Shown: positions 46,401-62,024 of the stretch, piece by piece
Layout: the number at the start of each line of letters is the position of its first letter
How positions within the stretch are numbered: the stretch's first letter is position 1
Assembly: GCA_037447605.1 (NCBI GenBank)
Contig: CM074819.1
Span: 2,088,844 to 2,152,843 of the forward strand
Origin: Zygnema circumcarinatum SAG 698-1b
Taxonomy: Eukaryota > Plantae > Zygnematophyceae
DNA length: 64,000 nucleotides
Reading direction: 5' to 3'
Notes under the pieces: generated by a model
What the model saw: only the letters and a program-made list of their open reading frames with translations
The model's database searches: none
Told to the model about the DNA's origin: nothing
Program-made: the position numbers and the translations under genes

Positions 46401-47882
46401 AACGAGGGGGAGGGAGGGGGAGGAGGGGGTGGGAGGGAGAGGGAGGGGGAACGAGGGGGAGGGAGGAGGGAGGGGGAGTGGAGGGGAGGGAGGGGGAGGG
46501 AGGGGGAGGGAGTGAACCGGAGACAGGAGGGAGAGAGACACATAGTGAGGGAGAGAGTGGGAGAGAGAGAAAGTCAAGGGTGAGAGACGAGAGGGGGCAA
46601 GAAACAAGTGAAGGGGAGAGGGGGAGTGGGAGAGATGGGAGAGAGGCATAGAACGGGGGTGAAGGAGAAGGGGAGAGCGAGCCGTTTCGACGGCTGGAGG
46701 GAGTGAGAAAGGGAGAGGGAGTGAGAAAGAGAGAGGGAGAAAGAAAGAGAGCGGGAGAGAGAAAGAGCGAGAGAGGGAGAGAGAAAGAGAGCGGGAGAGA
46801 GAAAGAGAGAGGGAGAGTGAAAGGGAGAGGAAGAGAGAGAGAGGCCGGGATTGGTACTATTTTAGGGCCTCATGTGTTTTTCCTCTACTGCATGCATGGA
46901 ACATCACAGATGCATTGAGTCAGTTACCTCCTCTCTCTCCACTCTCTCTCCCTCTTGACCTCTCTGTCAATTCTCTCCCCACGTCCCTCTCTCCCTCTAC
47001 CTGGCGCTCTCTCCCACCTCGGCCAGTCAATCCCTCACCGCCCTCTCCTCTCCTCTCTCTCTCTCCCCTCTCTCTCTGCTCTCCCTTCTCTCTCTCCCTC
47101 TCATCTCTCATCTCGCTATGTCTCTCCTCCACCACCTTCCTCTCGACCTCACCCTCCTGAGCTGCTTACAAAATTCAAAACTTGGTATTTTCCATTCAGC
47201 TGAAGCTGAATGGGTACAAATGGGGTACAGGGCAACTTGGACGGAGAATCCGAATCTCCGGGGACTGTTCTGCTCATGTTCTACAACTTGTACAATGGAA
47301 GGGTCAGGGCTCATCTGACCCTAAAACTCCATAATTTCCAAAAAGCCATATCATTTGAAATCCTAACTTCTGTGTTCATGAACCCTACTTTTTCATTATT
47401 TTTTCTTTCTGAAATTTTAAATTTTGAAACGAGTGGAGGCTGCAGAGTCGACAAAGGTTTGAAGAAGAGCTAAAACTGCGGTTCGGAAATTTGGTTACTT
47501 TGCCGGTCCTGAAGGACGACAGGTTGAAGCCCCAACCCTGAACCCTAAACCCTAAATCTTAAACCCTAAACACTGAAGTCTTAACCCTGAACTCTTAGTT
47601 CTAACTCTAAAGTCTTAAACCCTAAACTCTACACCCTAAACCCTACTCTCTGTACTCTAAACCCAAAAACCTAAATACTAGACTCTAAACCTTAAACCCT
47701 AAACCCTAGCGCCTAAGGTTTAGAGCTGTCAACCCTAAAATCTGTCCTTGGAGGGTGCCCCAATGCAGGCCTCCCATGCCGGAGGAGGTGCTGCGGGTCA
47801 TAGGAGAAGGGTTCAATCTCTACCGCCGACTCAACGGGTCTCCTCTCCACTCTCTCCCTCTCTCTCTCTCTCCCTCTCGTCT

Positions 47883-47970
<88 letters not shown>

Positions 47971-47988
47971 CCCCTCCCTCTCGTCCTC

Positions 47989-48070
<82 letters not shown>

Positions 48071-50479
48071 TCTCTATCTCTCTCTCTATCTTTCTCTCTT
48101 CCCCTCTCTCTGGGCCCTTACCCAGTTCTTCTCTCCCCCTCCCCTCTTCCCCCTCCTCGCTCTCCCCTCCCTCTCTCTCGACTTGTTCACTCTCCATCGC
48201 CACTCCATTCACCTCTCCTGCTCTTCAGCCACTCTACTTCCCATACTCCCCCTCCACCTCCCTCCTGCATTACTCTCCCTCTCCTCGCCGCCTCACTCCT
48301 CTCCCTCTCCCTCTTCCCCCTCCCTCCCTCTCTGCCACCCCAAAAAGAAGTCAAGCTCTTAAACTTTCAAGAACCCTAATAACCAAAAACCCCAAATCCA
48401 TTAAGTCCATGAAAATTTCAAAACTTCTAGACACGATAAAAGCTTAGAAAACTCTAAACCCCCTCCCTCTCTCTCTCCCACTCCTCCCACAGGAAATCTA
48501 AAGCCCCCATAAAGGGTCCCATGCAGCGCGAGTTCAGAGAGTGGGAGAGAGCACTGAAGGAGACTCTCTCCCTCCACAGCGAACATATGGCAGCCATTCA
48601 GGTGGAAATTCACGATTTGATCTTATTTACAAAAAAAAAAATTACACTTCAGAGAAAAATATTCTACTTTTTTTTATTATGTCTTAAAGGGTGTTTCAGG
48701 CTTTCTAGCCTTATAGAGAATATTTTTGAAGGTTTTGGGCTTCAAGGCAGGTGGGGTTTTTAAGGCTTCCAAGGGTTCAGAGCTTTTAAGGTTTAGGGTT
48801 TTAGCGATTTTCGAGTTGTAACTTTGAGTTTAACGTTGGAATCAGGTTTAACTAGGAATTAGGTTAAACTTTTTCTCACTTTTCTCCTGCTCTGTGATTT
48901 TGATCTCAGGGTTTGAGATTGTGATCATTTGGGGCTTTAGCGTTTTTAGGGTTTGGGTTTAGGGTTAGGGTTTTAGGATTTTAGAGTTCGAAAGGATCTG
49001 AGCCAAGTTCTGTGCGAGCAGGTTCCGTTCGAGGAGGTCGTTCTGTCCGTTAAACAGCAACTGAACGGAATTGTAACGGGCGGTGTCAACATGGAACGGC
49101 CCTCCCAGTCCGTACGGTATGCATCAATCCACGTGGCGGAATCTGAAATGCGGAATTTGCTGGCGGAGGTATTGTTTCCCCCCCCCCCCTTTTTCTATTT
49201 TATTTATGTATTTAGTTTTTTTTATAAATTTGTGTTCGTTTTGTTCTACTTTTTTTTCTATTTGTTTCTTTTCTCTCTGAAATAATGTGTAGGGTTAAAT
49301 TCTTGGTCTTCACCCATTGCAAAACCTAAACCGAAAATTGAAAACCTACAAGCAAATCCAAAACCCAGAAGCTAAAATTAAACCGAAAACGATTTAACTT
49401 GAAAAATACCTGAACAAGGAAAAAATTTATTCCCTCAACCTGTGACCCAACCCTAGAAATCAAAATCGATACCAATAACCTAAAACTCAAACCACTTGAA
49501 CCTTGAAACCCTGAACACTTCTAATCGGCCTTTTTTACGGGAGAGGATAGGCCCTCGCAGGGGTTTAAGGAAAGCCTGCGAACCCTAAACCCTAAGCCCT
49601 GAACCCTAAACCGTAAACCCTAAACCTTAACCCTAAACCTTAACCCTAAACCCCAAACTCTATCCAAAAACCTAAACCCTACACCCTAAACCCTAAACCC
49701 TAAACCCTATTCCCTAAACCCTAAACCCTAAATCCTATCCAATAACCTAAACCTAAACTAACCCTAAACCTTGAAACCGTACACTATGGCGCATGCATGC
49801 AGATTGCTGCGAACAATGCGGAAATTCAGAGTTTCGTGTCGGAAAAGGAGGCGGAGTTACGGAAAACAGCCACGGAAGCGCACGTGACATTGGCGCACGT
49901 GCGAACGCACGGACTGGCGGCAGTTCTACGGTTTGAACCGCTGACGGAACTGAAAGTGAAACTGAAGCTGCATGTGTCGGGGCTCTTGTACAGCGAGCAC
50001 GTGGCGGCTCTTGCGGTCGACTGGTCGCGTGAGGACAAGGAAATGGGGGTCATCTCTCTCAACGAGTTCCCTCACATCACGGTGGGGTTCAGTGGAGGGT
50101 TTACCTTAAACCCTACCAGCTTGTGAGAAAAAATGAAAAAAAAAAAAAAGAAAAAAAAGAGATTGAATCTCCCAAGGGGGGGGGGTGGGTGGGAATGCCA
50201 AAAGTACCCTGAAAAAATGGTTTTTTTTTAGGTCTTTTTTAGGGTTTTTTTTTTTGTTGGGGTGAAAAGGATAGCCACATGCAGCTTTGAAAAGCTTAAA
50301 AATCTATGAAAGCTCAGTAACTCTAAAACCCTGAACCCCTCTCTGAGCAGATATGGAGAGCGCCGAATGTGAAGGCGGTCGAAGCGAACAGTCTCCCTCA
50401 GGAGGTGAGGGAGGGGAGGGCGCTCCATGTGCCGTTCCCTGTTCCGGTCTCCGTTGTGGGGCGGGTCCAGTTAAACTGA
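33793..50479 (+). CDS. RNL: Plant tRNA ligase (adenylyltransferase, polynucleotide kinase, cyclic phosphodiesterase), 27 exons, about 1190 aa
   Basis: Exons join in consistent phase: 33793-33884, 34310-34823, 34932-34982, 35126-35208, 35384-35486, 35641-35719, 36475-36595, 37029-37135, 39526-39648, 39993-40054, 40232-40396, 40732-40967, 41620-41883, 42172-42237, 42537-42674, 43194-43339, 43569-43673, 44334-44431, 44695-44755, 45026-45102, 47231-47302, 47446-47522, 47769-47837, 48493-48601, 49022-49168, 49803-50081, 50351-50479. AtRNL-type motifs: [92 protein letters not shown]. Confidence 0.96.
35764..36458 (+). repeat. (CCCTAGA)n telomere-like tandem array, roughly 95-100 units, in RNL intron 6
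   Basis: A direct heptamer repeat one base from the plant telomere repeat CCCTAAA, grading into CCCTGAA/CCCTAGA alternation at the 3' end. Confidence 0.97.
37143..39203 (+). repeat. 18-bp minisatellite CAAAACCCTGAGAGC(C/G)TC, roughly 110 units, in RNL intron 8
   Basis: Tandem units with two dominant variants (GAGAGCCTCC and GAGAGCGTCC) and an AAAACCCT telomere-like core. Confidence 0.97.
45110..46505 (+). repeat. G-rich polypurine tract (GGGA/GGGGA units) in RNL intron 20
   Basis: About 1.4 kb almost entirely G and A, with recurring GGGGAACGAGGGGGAGGGA subunits. Confidence 0.95.
49580..49775 (+). repeat. Degenerate (AAACCCT)n interstitial telomeric array in RNL intron 25
   Basis: Runs of AAACCCTAAACCCT with variants. 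Similar patches occur at about 42290-42330, 47535-47710, 48940-48980 and 58960-59060. Confidence 0.9.
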
Positions 50480-50669
50480 GTACATAGAACGAGCATACCG
50501 TACCATTTTTTTGTCCTCCAGTGTCTGTCTTTCTGCCTGTTCCATATTTTTACTATGGTGGGCTACGCGGAGATACATTGCCTTTTGAAAAGCAAGGTTG
50601 TTCATGTGAGTGAGAAACAGAGAGGAGGCAAGAGAGAAAGAGAAAAAGAGAAAGGGAGAGGGGGGAAAG

Positions 50670-50845
50670 AGAGAGTGAGTCACACAGAGAAAGAGGGGGG
50701 AAAGAGAGAGAGAGAGTGAGTCACACACAGAGAAAGAGGGGGGAAAGAGAGAGAGAGAGAGTGAGTCCACACAGAGAAAGAGGGGGGAAAGAGAGAGAGA
50801 GAGAGTGAGTCACACAGAGAAAGAGGGAGGAAAGAGAGAGAGAGA
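50670..50845. repeat. Minisatellite of about 42-44 bp between the convergent RNL and mTERF stops
   Basis: GAGTGAGTCACACAGAGAAAGAGGGGGGAAAGAGAGAGA repeated about 4 times. Confidence 0.85.
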
Positions 50846-51170
50846 GAGGGAGGTGGCGAGGAGAGGGGGAGGGGGAGGGGGGTAGGGCAGGAGAGGGGAG
50901 GAGGGAGAGGCAGAGAACGAGAGCAGGTTTTTTGACGGCTTAGACATCCATGATTGGTTTACATTCTGTGAATCCGTATAGGTCCGTGATGCTTATTTGT
51001 ATAAAGACTTTTGTTTGTACAACGTTGAAAAAAAATCGAACAAATTGAAATCGTACGTCATTTCCAATGAATGGAAGCGAGAGAGAGAGAGAGCGAGTGA
51101 GCGAGAGAGAGAGAGAGAGCGAGAGAGACACAGAGAGACAGAGAGAGACTCCTTATGTACATGTGCTGCA

Positions 51171-52756
51171 TCACATCCGAACCAAAAGAGTGCCGAACCC
51201 TAAAAACTCCGCCGCGAACACATCGTCGCTGCATTCGAGCATTGCCTTCAGAGCGCAGTCCTTCCCCCTCCTGTTGGCCGCCACTCGCGCCCTCCTCTTT
51301 ATGCGGCCCTCCAGGGAGTAGCTGAAGTATCGCGGGTAGAGAATTATTTCATCTATGGACCGCCCCATTTCGTTAATGAGAAATTCCAATTTAGGATGCA
51401 AGACCGCCTCCACGTTGTACCCTAAAATGGGAGGAAATCGGCTAACCATGATAGTCACGTCGCTCGGTTCAAAGCCTCGACCCTTCAAGTACTCAAGCCT
51501 GCATGCATGGGAGGGAAATCAAGCAACAAAATTAGGTTTTCTGCAAAGTGAAGGCTCTGAAAGTTTTACTTCTTCAGGGTTTTGGGATTATGAGTTTAGG
51601 GTTTAGGGTTTTAGAGCAACATAACATACCGGATCCGCATGGCATTTGTGCTCATAGAGAGAAGCTCCGGGAAGCCTCTCACCGCCTTCCAGAGCTGCTC
51701 CCCGGAGAGGCCCACCTCCTCTTCAAGGAACGAAATTTTCGGCTGCAGCCCGCCAATCACGTTCGCCGTAAGCGCTTCCGGGCAGCGATTCAGCACCTTG
51801 AAAATTTGTTCTGAAGGGATTCCGAGGTTGAGCAGGAAGGTCACCACCTGTGGAACAGGATGCACTTCACCGGTTATGGTTTGCCTCTGAGAGGGAGAGG
51901 GAGAGGGCGAGGGAGAAGGAGAGGGAGAGGGAGAGGGAGAGGGAGCGGGAGAGGGAGAGGGAGAGGAGAGGGAGAGGGAGGGAGAGGGAGAGGGAGAGGG
52001 AGAGGGAAAGGGAGAGGGAGAGGGAGAGGGAGAGGGAGTGGAAGTGGAAGTGGAAGAGGGAGAGGGAGAGAGGGAGAGGCCGAAAGGAACTGTAAGAAAG
52101 GAAGAGGGACAGAGAGGTACATTGAGCGGGAGTGGAAGAGTGTGGGAGAGAGAGAGTGAGAGAGGAGTGGGAGGGAGAGGATGTCGAGCCGCTCTCTCAC
52201 CTCCTGAAGCTCTTGAGGCCTTCTTAGAAGCAGAGAGCTGCTTGCAACCACCGCTTTAGAGAGCTGCTTTCCCGAAAAGCCGAGCCCAGTAAGGTGGTCC
52301 ACGGCAGGCAAAAAACTTTTTTCGGGCAGACGGCTTAAAAGTTGAGGGCACTGCGTGAGAATCCGGTCCACTTTGCTCGCAGGAACCTGCAAAAAGAAAT
52401 TTTGAAAAGTAGGATTAGGTTTTAGGGTTATGGTTTCAAAAAAATTAAAGGTTCGGAACCCCCCTCGTCACTGCAGGGGTAGATATGAATAGATAAAAGA
52501 ATAGATAGTAGAGCAAACCAAGTAATGAAGGAGTGGTAAAAAGGAAAAATAATGCATCATTCAACGATCAAAATTTCCTTTTTATCCTTTTTATAAGATT
52601 TTTCTTTCGTATTGAAAACTTGGAGCTTGACCTTTATGGATTGAAGAAAGTCCACGGTCGGCTGCAAATTTTCGATAATCGAAGGAGCGAACAGCCATGG
52701 AAATTTCACAGTCATCCGACCCATGTCTCTCACTCGAACACCGATCTGCCCATCGT

Positions 52757-52839
<83 letters not shown>

Positions 52840-52888
52840 GGGAGAGACAGAGAGAGGGAGAGAGAGAGAAAAAAAAAGAGAGAGAAAA

Positions 52889-52920
<32 letters not shown>

Positions 52921-53327
52921 GAAAAACCGCCCAACAAGCATCAGCAAGGAATAAGCATCAATAAACCTATGCAAAGAACTTGAGCCAAGAAAGTCTTCAA
53001 TCTGCTAAAATTTCTCCAGCAAACTTACCTCCTTCAGCGCCCTCTTCTTCGGAACAATGTCCCTCTCCCAGTCGTAGAACAGTATTGAAGGGAAGCAGAG
53101 AATGACTTTTCCGATCGACTCCCGCGGAATCAAAAAATCTTCAGTGAGTTTATTTACAAGAGGAGTGAGCTCCCCCTCTAAGCTTCGCTGAAGAATTAAA
53201 GGAAAGCTTTCAAGGAGCCGAGCGGCAGCCATGGATGGCTCATCAAGCTGCGCAAGTCCTCCTCTTTGAGCCTCCAACTGCAAGAGCAGTAGTAAAGCAT
53301 CACATTAAACATGCAGTCAGAGGCCAT

Positions 53328-53381
<54 letters not shown>

Positions 53382-55173
53382 CACTACTCTATACCTCTCT
53401 CTCTCTCGCCCTTCCCGCTCTCTCCGTTCCACTACCCCCTCTCCCTGTCTCCCCCCCTCTCTCTCTTGCTCTTCTCTCTCTCTCTCTCTCCCACTCTTTC
53501 CTCCTCTCCCTCTCCCCTCGTGCTCTTCGCTGTCTCTCCCCCACTCTTTCCTCCCCTTACTCTTCCCTGTCTCTCTTCCCTCCCTCTCTCTTTCGCTCCC
53601 CTCTCTCTCTCTCTCTCCCCCCCCTTTTCCAGTCAGAGAAAGAGCTCACTCTCTGCACAAATGCCTGCGTCTGCTGCAGCGACTCATCCCGTGCTGCCAG
53701 CTGGCAGCCTCTCATTAGTCGGAGCAGTGCCCCCCCCATCCCTCCCCTCTGAGCCTCCATGGCTTCCAATAGAGACCTCAATAGCTCCACCTGTCCCACC
53801 TCGCCTCTCACCCAATGTAAGGGTTCAGCGCATTTCTAACCCTAACAAACCCACAAAACCCAAAAAAGTCAATGACCCAAAACCCCCCAATACCCAAAAT
53901 CCCCAAAAGTGCCAAAAAACAACCAGAGCCCTAACACCAAGAAACCCTAATTCCTGAACCTTAAACCCTGAACTCGCCTCACCTTAGCTACTGCCTCCCT
54001 TAGGGGCTGCACTCCTCCCGCCCGCGCCACTCGAGCAGCGTCTCTTCCTCTCACTCCCACACCCTCCAAATAGGCCTCCAGCAACCTCCCCCTCTCCCTC
54101 TTCCATATCCCCAAAACCCTAATTTTGAATGCCGCCTCTCCTGAACCCTCCCTTGAACCCTCCTCTGAACTCAATTCTCCGCTGATTTCGCTGAAACCTA
54201 ATTCTTCTGAACCCTCCACCAGGAGAGAGGAGAGGAGTATCTCCGCCTCCTCCTCCTCCTTCGCCTTTAATATCACATTTTCAATGGAGTGCAGCGCCTT
54301 CCGGGAAACTTCCTCCGCTGTAAACGGTGAAATTCCCTCCTCCTCTAAGCAGGTTCTTAAAATGCTGCGAGCCGTCTCTCTCTCAATTTCAGTTTTTGTA
54401 TTTTCTGTATCTGAAAGAATTCTTTGCAACCCTAATTCCGTCCCTAACCCTAATTCAGACTCTACCCCTAGCACTGACCCTGACCTTGCTTCAGATTCCG
54501 ACCCTGCCTCCAATCCTAACCCTGATTTTGAGTCAGATTCCGAACCTGAACCCAACCCTAACCTCAATTCTGACTCAGACTCCGAAGCTGCCCCCAATCC
54601 TGACGCTGATTCTGATTCAACTTCCGAACCTGACCCTGATTCTGATTCAACTTCCGAACCTGAACCCAACCCTAACCTTAATTTTGACTCGAATTCCGAA
54701 GCTGAACCCAACCCTAACCCTAATTCGGATTCAGACCCCGCCCTCAACACCACTTCCGACCCAATTTCTACTTCTATCCCTGAACCCAACCCTAATTCTG
54801 CCTCCTTATCACTCCCTCCTCTCCCTCCCACACCTTCCCTCCCGTTACTCCCTCTACTAGGCCGAGAATTTAACCTAATCTCCCTCTTAATTCTCGCCTT
54901 TCCCACCCCTCTGCCCCCTCCCCCCTCCTCTGAATCCTTTTCTTGCTCTCTCACCCTCCCCTCTCTATGCCATAAATCCGTAAAACTCGAAGAAATCCGT
55001 AAATTCACGGAACTTTGCGTGAATTCTTCTGCATGGAACGCGATGGCCGGTCTCTTCTTTGCAGGCAGCGCCACGTGGCAAGTCTTCAATGGCTCCCTTG
55101 CCGTGTGCCACGTGGAAATTCCCCATCCCCCTCCCGGCTGGAGCGTTGCCCGCCCTTCCATCCCCGCCGCCAT
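51171..55173 (-). CDS. PTAC15: mTERF-family protein, PTAC15/mTERF8-like, 7 exons, about 808 aa
   Basis: Exons 55173-53983, 53790-53650, 53277-53029, 52745-52632, 52386-52201, 51847-51630 and 51498-51171 join in phase. Motifs LEAQRGG, LLESFPLIL, FPSILFYDWERDI, KFPWL..SIIEN, SSSLLLRRP, RFPPILGY..E.VL.PKLEFL, YPRYFSYSLEGRIK and DDVFAAEFLG match the PTAC15 clade as I recall it. Confidence 0.85.
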
Positions 55174-55255
55174 GGCTTCCTCGCCGCTCCGCCGCCTGCT
55201 CTCTCAGAGAAGGGGCAGTTGCAGGCATTGAAAACCGCCCTGCTTGAAGCGGGAG

Positions 55256-55600
55256 CCAATCATGGCATGCCAGGTGTGCATGTCAGATTACGTGACGACC
55301 TCTGATTGGCTGTCGATTCAATGCATTCGGGGAATGGCTCCATTGAAGTACACCTCTGCTTTGAAGCTTGCCAATCATGGAATGCCACGTGGACTATTTG
55401 CTGACGTGGCCATTCAAGGAGCCTTCAAGTCGTACGGTCACTGGAGGCCCGCCAGCAAAATCTAGGGCCAACGTGGTGCTCTAGTTCTCGACGTGGCATA
55501 ACCTCATTCGTTCACGTGAATCTCGACGTCAAAATAAGTCAAGCGCACAGCACCTGCAAAATTTAGGTCTTCGATTTCCAACCAATCAGAGCTCGTCACG
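55256..55600 (+). promoter_or_regulatory. CCAAT/ACGT-rich intergenic region with ERSE-like spacing
   Basis: CCAAT-N9-CCACG at 55371-55389, CCAAT-N9-CCAGG at 55256-55274, CCAAT-N10-CACG at 55582-55600, plus several CACGTG/ACGTGG cores. Motif match only. Confidence 0.35.
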
Positions 55601-57699
55601 TGTCGCCACGCGCTCGCCGCTAATTTGCCGCGAGCGAGCAGCGACCTTGACCGACCGGCGGAAACCCGGAGCATGGAAACGCGTCGCGCACAACGTTAAA
55701 CTGCGGCATGGAACCACTCGGTGAGCGCACGGACGTCTGGCTTTGGCTGTGGCCTCAGCGCCTTTGTGCTGTGGGGGAGGGCTGTTCAATGGCGCGTGGT
55801 TTCTGGTGTCTGGTTTCTGGTTTCTGGTTTCTGGTTTCTGGTTTCTGGTTTCTGGTTTCTGGTTTCTGGTTTTTTGTTAGCTGGTTTGCCGCAATGCGTG
55901 TTCCGGAATTTCACCACTCCCCTTACCTGCATCCAAGCATTCTCAGTCACAGCCCTCATAGCTCCTCTAGCTATGGAGCCATGGAGCTATGGAGCTATGG
56001 CTCAGTTCGACCACCGCTCCCTCGACATGCATGTATGTATCTATGCATGCATTGCATGCATGCATGCATGGCCCCCTTGAAGCCCTATGCTATCCCATGC
56101 TTCAGAGCGTTGCCATGTTTGTTGTTGGACTGTCTCGGCGGCCCTTCAGCCCTCCACGAGGATCAATGTGCGCACATTGCTCCTAGAGCCATGTTGTTGT
56201 TGTTGGTAACCTCCCATTCACCTATGGGTTCACTTGTGACCGGCCGGCTCACAATGGCTCTCCACACTGCCTTTGTCGGTGTGCATTCGATGGAAGGAGA
56301 TTGATCTGGCATTCATCTAATCGAGGCCACCATTATGAGACCAATGCCGATACCTTGAATGGCTTCACAACATTCTGAAACAATCGCTCTAGTTAGTCTA
56401 GTTACTCTAGTTACTCTTACTGGTGATCGTTGGTTACTTTTTCCGTTTTCCTCGTAGTTTCATCCTTCTACTCGGAGTTCTCTTTTCCTCGTTTCTCCTC
56501 CCCTAAGTATGTTCCGAACTTTCTCAAAGCGCGCGTCCATGAGTACTTCGTCCTCCGGTCAGTTACACGCTCCGTTTCCAGTTCACATGTGATAACGCTT
56601 TTTCGTTGTCTTTTTTCACCGTCGATGCCATCGGACGGCCACGATCCATCCCCAAAGCGCACTTCCCCCGTCCCGTCCGCCAATGGAAAGCCTACCACGT
56701 GGCACGCCCGCACGCACCATCCAATCAGAACATGCCACCTGAAACTCTCGCACGCGTCACCTAATCCGAGTGTGCCACGTCATCGTATCGCAAGGTGTAC
56801 GCTGCCGTACGCGCGCTTGGCCTGGCGCACGGCACCGCTGACGTGGCAGAATTCTGTTGGCCCTCCCTCCCCACCACCCTTCCTCCCTCCCTCTCTCCCT
56901 AGTCCCTACATCCCTCCCTCCCTCCCTCCCTACCTCCCTCTGTCGCCCTCTCCCTCTCTCCCTCCCCTACCTCCACTCCCTCTCTCCCTGCTTCTCCCTA
57001 GTTTTCCCTTCTCTCTCTCTCCCTCCCTCGTCTTCGTCTCACATTTACCGCCTGCCCCTCCCATTCTTTCCCTATCATTCCCCCCTCTCTTTCCCTCCCT
57101 CTCCCTCACATTCCCTCCCCTTCCTCTCCCACTCCTCGCCTTCTCCTATCTCTCCCCTCCCTCTCTATTTTTCGCCCTTTCCTTATTTCTTGTCTTTTCC
57201 ATCCTCTAACTCTGCCTCTCTCCACCGTCTCCCTCTCTCAGATCCCCCTGCCTCTCTTCCTTCCTCTCAGCCACTTTCTCTCCCTCTCTCACTCTCTCTG
57301 TCTTTAAGGCTAGGAGAGAGGCCAGCACCTCTTTTCACGAAAAAAAACATTCAAAAGTAGAAAAAAGTACGCAATTTTTCCATTCAAGTCCCCTCCTTTT
57401 TTATTAATTGATTTCTTGGAAGGCTTGCGTATTTTTCCACATTTTATCCTCCCATTATATTTTCCTTCAGCCCCGGAGAATGTTATTCTCCGCAATGCGC
57501 GCAGATTCGGTAGTTTTGATGTTTCAGTATTCAAGTTTTTGAATTTTAGGGTTGATGAGTGAGCTTGACATCACTACAGGCGATTGATATGTTAAAAAAA
57601 AAAATGTGAACTTCTCAGGACTAATTCAGAGAATAAAGATAGAAAAACGTTTTTTGTTTTGATGCATTCAATCAGTCAAGTTACGACTTAAAACCTTAA

Positions 57700-57965
57700 A
57701 AGTATCTATCTCCCTCCCTCCTTCCCTCCTCTCCTTCCTCTCCCTCCTCTCCCTCCTTTCCATCCTCTCCCTCCTCTCCCTCCTTTCCCTCCTCTTTCTC
57801 CTCTCCCTCCTCTCCCTCCTCTTCCTCCTCTCCCTCCTCTCCCTCCTCTCCCTCCTCTCCGTCCTCTCCCTCCTCTCCCATCTCTCCCTCCTCTCCCTCC
57901 TCTTCCTCCTCTCCCCCCTCTCCCTCCTCTCCCTCCTCTCCGTCCTCTCCCTCCTCTCCCTCCTT
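57700..57965. repeat. 9-bp minisatellite (CTCTCCCTC)n
   Basis: About 28-30 tandem units. Confidence 0.9.
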
Positions 57966-58608
57966 TCCCTTTATGCAATGCACTCAAATCATCCCTTTCA
58001 CGAACCTTTCGTCCTTTCAGGCACATTCATTCAAGCCATGATTTCGCTTCTGCGGACTTCCCGAAGCCGTGGAGAGTTGGCGGACTTAAAATTTTCAAAC
58101 TTGAATAATGCGAAAGATGGTTCTATTTCCTTCAAGATTTCAAGTCAGCTTCCATTTGCCGCTCTCTCTGCGCAACGATCGAATTTGCAGACCTTTGTTC
58201 AGGTGCGTCTCAAGCTTAGGTTTTTTTTGTCTTGTCAGTCTCGAAAATGTCTAGAATTTCGAATGCTGAGAACTTAGATCTTTTGTCGATTTCCAAGTTG
58301 TCTCATCGAGGGGCTTTTTAGGTCAACTTGGAAGAGCACACATTCTGAACCATACTTTTTGAATCATGATTTCTGTTCACTTTTTTGTTCTCCCTCTCCC
58401 CCACCTTCTCTCCCACCCGCTCTCCCGCTTTCCTCCTCTTCCCACTGATGCCCTAAATTTCATCCTTTGCTTCCTCTTTCACTTCTCCCTTTCAACTTCT
58501 TCCTTCTACAAATCCCCTTTTCCTCTTCTCTGTCGCCTCCCCCTCCCCCNNNNNNNNNNCTCTCCCCCTCCCCCTCTCCCTCTCCCTCGCAGTCTCCCTC
58601 TCCCTTAG

Positions 58609-61201
<2,593 letters not shown>

Positions 61202-62024
61202 GAGAGAGAGGAGGTAGAGAAAGTGGGTTTTTGATGTGGGGGTTTTAGGGTTTCTTTTAGAAGGGTTCAGGGGCTTAGGGTGGTGGGTTTTAGGGGCATT
61301 CTGTGGGGGTCTGTACTGTATGCTGGAGGGAGGGGTGCTGCTTTAGGGGAGAAGGGAAGATGTTTATCATTGGTCTAGGGAAGGAAGTTCTGTATTCAGA
61401 CGGAACTGCGGTTCTATGTTGGCAAGTTTTGAAGGAGTTTGGTAAGTTATGGCTCTATGGTATGATCCAAAGGTTTCATTCGTTTTGGGCTGCAATGGAC
61501 TGAAGGGACCCACATCTTGTCTAACAAAGTTGTTCAACAATGAACAAGAAACTTGAATCGAATTTGTACAACGAACAATGACGATGTTGGACATGCATGC
61601 ATGCATGCAGGGTTCAGTGCATGCATGCATGTGTTTGTTACATATTTTCCTCATGCGCATTCCCTTTTTCTTGTTAAGTTCAACTTTTTCACAACGTGTT
61701 TCATTGTTTTTTCCTCGTACAACAACACGATCTTGATAAAGTACAATCCTGTGGGCAGTAGGCACCTTCTAGCTTTATCGAGGTTTCAAGAACGTACGGA
61801 AACTCCATCGTGGCAGTGCCTCATTGGGTGACCACCACCCCGTGTACAGCTACCCTCGATAAAGTAAAGCATGGTACTGTACAGGATGACGAATGCACGA
61901 ACCAAAGAAATCCTTTCGATAAAGTCACGTGTTCATACAAGCTACGACCGCGGACATGAACTGGATCGTACGATAATACCTCGATAATGTCATGGAATTT
62001 CGCCACCCGGAAAGGCGCAGAAAC

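Noticed and set aside
44988-46649. 553-aa extensin-like Pro-rich ORF on the minus strand
   Set aside because: It is antisense translation of the G-rich intron tract, with no signal peptide. Its tail overlaps an RNL exon.
55708-57209. ORFs as the first exons of the DUF220 gene
   Set aside because: I found no recognisable homology and no phase-compatible donor. The ORFs include (TTTCTGG)n, (ATGC)n and CT repeats.
57696-58026. EEG- or GGR-repeat proteins
   Set aside because: These are translations of a 9-bp minisatellite with no supporting gene structure.
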